NCBI GenBank assembly: GCA_963828165.1
Contig: CAWHDR010000001.1
Coordinates: 544,001-608,000, forward strand
Length of the DNA stretch: 64,000 nucleotides
From: an uncultured Chloroflexia bacterium
GTDB lineage: Bacteria; Chloroflexota; Limnocylindria; Limnocylindrales; CSP1-4
Direction of reading: 5' to 3'
Under the pieces are notes generated by a model. The model was given only the letters and a program-made list of their open reading frames with translations. It had not been told where the DNA came from and searched no databases. A program made the position numbers and the translations under genes. Shown here piece by piece: positions 60,995-64,000 of the stretch (within the stretch, counting starts at the first letter, position 1; each line of letters opens with the position of its first letter).

Positions 60995-62140
60995 ATGACC
61001 ACCCTGACCGCAGTTCTAGGATCCCTCGCCCTGTCGGCGATCGCCGTCATCGCGCTCGGCTGCGGGACCCCGGCCGGCAGCTCAACGAGCCCATCGGCGG
61101 GCATCCCGACGTCGCCATCACCGGTCGCGTCGGGGTCGGGTGCCGAGAGTCCCGCGACCAGCACCGATCCGAGCGTCGTACCCGAGCCCCAGGCGGGCGA
61201 CATCGAGGGCGTGCCTCCGAGTGAGGGCGTGCTGAACGCGGTCTCGGTCGGCGGCGACTTGGTCGTGGCCGGCGGCTTTGCCGGCGCGCTGTTCCAGTCG
61301 ACGATCCTCACATTCGACGGGAACGCGTGGACGGTCGCGACGACACCTGAGGCTCCCGGCCAGGTCACCGGGATCGCACGCCTCGGAGACCGCTGGATCG
61401 CGGTCGGCAACGGGCTCCCGGACATCCGCGATGGGTTCATTTGGGACTCGGCGGATGGCCGGATTTGGGACGTCGTGCAGACGATCGAGGACGCCGCCCT
61501 GTACGACGTCACCGTCGGTGAAGGGGTGGTCGTCGCCGCCGGGGCCCTCCTCGACGACGAGATGCACGCGACCGCGGCAGCGTGGTCCTCGACCGATGGG
61601 GCGACGTGGGAATCGGCCGACGTCGAAGCGGCGGATGGGACGTCGATCGCGCCGGTGACCGCGACGCCGGAAGGGTTCGCCGCGACCGGCGACCGCCCGT
61701 TGGGTCAGCCCCGACCGTTCTGGACTGCCACGGCGGCATCCTCCTGGAGCACCGTCGACAACGACCTTGACGACCAGCTGCTGCCGGTCGACCTGGTGCC
61801 CTGGAACGACGGTCTGGCGCTGGTCGGCGCGTCTGGCAAGTCGGGCGACCAGCACCCATTCGTGGCCATCTCCGACGATGGCCGCCACTGGGAACAGACG
61901 AACCTGTCGACCGAGGAGGGCTACGCGTCGGCAGTCGCCGACGCGAACGACCGGCTCGTCGTCGCAGGCATCGACGCCGATCAGTTGACCTTGTGGACGC
62001 TTGGCGACGACGCCTGGGACCCGCAGGCGCTCGAACCCGAAGGCGCCTCCATCACGGCGCTCATGTGGGATGCCGAGCGTGGGCTGATCGCCGTTGGGTC
62101 GCGCGGTGGGCAGCACGCAGTCTGGTCACTGGGCGAGTAG
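60995..62140 (+). CDS. Acidic lipoprotein, beta-propeller-like
   Basis: ALGC lipobox and repeated S-x-D-G-x-x-W (BNR/Asp-box-like) motifs. Confidence 0.75.
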   Translation: MTTLTAVLGSLALSAIAVIALGCGTPAGSSTSPSAGIPTSPSPVASGSGAESPATSTDPSVVPEPQAGDIEGVPPSEGVLNAVSVGGDLVVAGGFAGALFQSTILTFDGNAWTVATTPEAPGQVTGIARLGDRWIAVGNGLPDIRDGFIWDSADGRIWDVVQTIEDAALYDVTVGEGVVVAAGALLDDEMHATAAAWSSTDGATWESADVEAADGTSIAPVTATPEGFAATGDRPLGQPRPFWTATAASSWSTVDNDLDDQLLPVDLVPWNDGLALVGASGKSGDQHPFVAISDDGRHWEQTNLSTEEGYASAVADANDRLVVAGIDADQLTLWTLGDDAWDPQALEPEGASITALMWDAERGLIAVGSRGGQHAVWSLGE

Positions 62141-62179
62141 CGCGCCGGACGGTGGCCCGCTATCTCGCGGGCCCCGCGA

Positions 62180-63046
62180 TCAGCTCTCCGTCTGGTCCGG
62201 CTTCGCGGGCTCCTGGACCTCGCCTGGCTGGATCGGCTTGGTGTCCTCGGCCGTGGCGTCGGCCTGGCTGCGGTGCTGAGCGGCGTAGGCGTTGATGATG
62301 TCGCACGCCTCGGCCGGGTCGTCGGTGAGCCGCAGCAGGTCGACGTCGGCGGCATTGATGGCCGCTTCTCCGAGCAGCGATGCGCGGATCCACTCGATCA
62401 TGCCCGTCCAGTACTCGGTGCCCATCAGGATCACCGGGAAGTCCTGCACCTTCTTCGTCTGGATCAGGGTGAGCGCCTCGAACAGCTCATCGAGCGTCCC
62501 GTAGCCTCCGGGAAAGATCACGAAGGCATCGGCGTATTTCACGAACATCACCTTGCGCGCGAAGAAGTAGCGGAACTCGACGCCGAGATCGACATACGGG
62601 TTGAGCCCCTGCTCCATCGGCAGCTCGATGTTGCAGCCGACCGACAGGCCACCACCCTCCTGGGCGCCACGGTTGGCTGCCGCCATGATCCCCGGTCCGC
62701 CGCCCGTGATGACCGCGTAGCCCTGCTGCGCCAGCATCGAGCCGAGCTCCCGGGCCATCTTGTAGTAGCGGTGGTTCTCCTTGGTCCGTGCCGAGCCGAA
62801 GACGCTCACCGCCGGCCCGACGGCCGCGAGTGCGTCGAACCCCTCGACGAACTCCGAGAGGATCCGGAGGGAGCGCCAGGGATCGGAGTCCAGGAACTCG
62901 GGGCGACCCGCGGGCCGCCGCAGGAGCGCCTCGTCCTCGGTTCGACCGGCGCGCCGGACGGCGGGCCCTGGGGCACCCGGGCGGACCGTGACGCGTCCGC
63001 TGCGACGCCGGCCCGAGCGCTTGTCGTCGTCGCCTCGTGCGGTCAT
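62180..63046 (-). CDS. LOG family protein (TIGR00730)
   Basis: VFGSAR, TGGGPGIM, YFFARKVMF and PGGYGTLDE motifs. Confidence 0.93.
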   Translation of the reverse strand: MTARGDDDKRSGRRRSGRVTVRPGAPGPAVRRAGRTEDEALLRRPAGRPEFLDSDPWRSLRILSEFVEGFDALAAVGPAVSVFGSARTKENHRYYKMARELGSMLAQQGYAVITGGGPGIMAAANRGAQEGGGLSVGCNIELPMEQGLNPYVDLGVEFRYFFARKVMFVKYADAFVIFPGGYGTLDELFEALTLIQTKKVQDFPVILMGTEYWTGMIEWIRASLLGEAAINAADVDLLRLTDDPAEACDIINAYAAQHRSQADATAEDTKPIQPGEVQEPAKPDQTES

Positions 63047-63086
63047 GCCGGTAGGATGCCACCGTGGGCATGACGCGGAGGTGTCG

Positions 63087-63281
63087 ATGCGCGGCCGGCT
63101 GATCACGGCCGTGTCGCTCGTGGTGCTCGGGCTCATCTGGATCGGCCAGGGGCTCGGCCTGCTCCGCGGTTCGAGCTTCATGACCGACGAGCCGTTCTGG
63201 GCCGCCGTCGGCGCGGTCGTTGCCGTGGCTGGGCTGCTCCTCGCGCTCAGCGCGTGGCGACGCTCCCGGCCGGGCGCCTGA
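63087..63281 (+). CDS. Small 2-TM membrane protein
   Basis: GGAGG RBS; GLIWIGQGLGLLRGSSFMT..W. Confidence 0.75.
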   Translation: MRGRLITAVSLVVLGLIWIGQGLGLLRGSSFMTDEPFWAAVGAVVAVAGLLLALSAWRRSRPGA

Positions 63282-63657
63282 GCCAGTCCGCCCACGTCGC
63301 TTCGGCCTTGCCTGCCGTGACCTCGTTCGCGTGGCGAACGAGCGGGAGGCGCAGCAGACCGGGGTCCGCCAGGAGGCGCTCCACGACCTCGGGATCGGTC
63401 ATGGCCAGGTAGCCCAGACCGGCGTCCCGGTACGCCTTCGACGTCTCGTCGAGCAGGGCGCGGGCTCCGAGCCGCTCGACGAACCGGCGCAGCTCGCCGG
63501 GCGCGATCGGCCGCTTCCGCAGGTCGGAGTAGCGAACCACGATCCGGCGCTCCCGGAAGAATCGCTGGGCCGCGCGCGTGGCCGGCGAATCGTCCATCCC
63601 GAACACCTGGATGTCGGGCATCTTCCGGGTCGGCGTCCGGCCGAGGGGTGCTGGCAT
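63247..63657 (-). CDS. ArsC/Spx-like protein lacking cysteines
   Basis: IQVFG..DSPATRAAQRFFRER and LLRLPLVR motifs. Confidence 0.78.
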   Translation of the reverse strand: MPAPLGRTPTRKMPDIQVFGMDDSPATRAAQRFFRERRIVVRYSDLRKRPIAPGELRRFVERLGARALLDETSKAYRDAGLGYLAMTDPEVVERLLADPGLLRLPLVRHANEVTAGKAEATWADWLRRPAGSVATR

Positions 63658-63715
63658 CGGGCCAGCGTAGCGCGGCGACCGGGTACCATCGACCGACAAG
63701 ACAGGAGGTACCCGC

Positions 63716-64000
63716 GTGGAGGTCTGGTTCACGGTCCAGCTCATGGATGCCCCGGGTTCGCTCGCCCGCGTCGCAACGGCCCTCGGGGAGCGTGGCGTGA
63801 ACATCACCGGGATCGTCGGGGTCGCGGAGGATACCGACGGCGCGCTCATGCTGACGACGTCCGACGCGGCGGCGACCCGCGAGGCCTTCGCCGAGCTGGG
63901 CCTGGCGTTCGAGGAGCACGACCCGACCGGCAGCATGGAACCCGAGACCATGACCGTCGGCGATCTCCGACCCGGAGCGGCCGGTCGCGGCTCGCTCTTC
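63716..64000 (+). CDS. ACT domain protein (runs off window)
   Basis: AGGAGG RBS with GTG start; VQLMDAPGSLARVATALGERGVNI. Confidence 0.8.
   Translation, partial: MEVWFTVQLMDAPGSLARVATALGERGVNITGIVGVAEDTDGALMLTTSDAAATREAFAELGLAFEEHDPTGSMEPETMTVGDLRPGAAGRGSLF

Noticed and set aside
2387-63951. Many long antisense or alternate-frame ORFs in the track (e.g. 2387-4123 -, 12865-14799 +, 47587-49137 -, 58768-60297 -)
   Set aside because: Shadow ORFs of real genes in high-GC DNA: Arg/Gly/Pro-rich with no family motifs.

Overview
This is a very GC-rich bacterial chromosomal segment. Gene content and the many apparently leaderless genes suggest Chloroflexota (Limnocylindria-like), which is an inference. 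Most of the window is housekeeping or metabolic: fabI, a Fur-family regulator with a NiCoT-type permease, KdpD/KdpE with a KimA-type K+ permease, an ABC exporter, a GAF-GGDEF protein, a Ser/Thr kinase, mtnB with a cupin, a DEAD-box helicase, tRNA-Gly(TCC), a glycogen/alpha-glucan cluster (glgA, glgP, two GH57, GH13), lysA, sodN/sodX, two LLM oxidoreductases and MarR-MFS. Many genes, mainly at 21-39 kb, are broken by single-base indels that look like long-read errors. The outstanding feature is at about 41.05-47.2 kb. It is an array of about 11 co-oriented single-gene units, several resembling polymorphic-toxin immunity proteins, each separated by a conserved ~26-bp site (consensus GTGWCATT-SVCGN-ACRCTDWGYGACG). 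The site has imperfect dyad symmetry around a 7-bp core, matches neither attC nor a CRISPR repeat, and no recombinase is present in the window, so it is a candidate new integron-like gene-cassette system. A second point of interest is a sortase-fold protein with Ser in place of the catalytic Cys, together with a cassette-borne protein ending in an MPETA-TM-basic tail.
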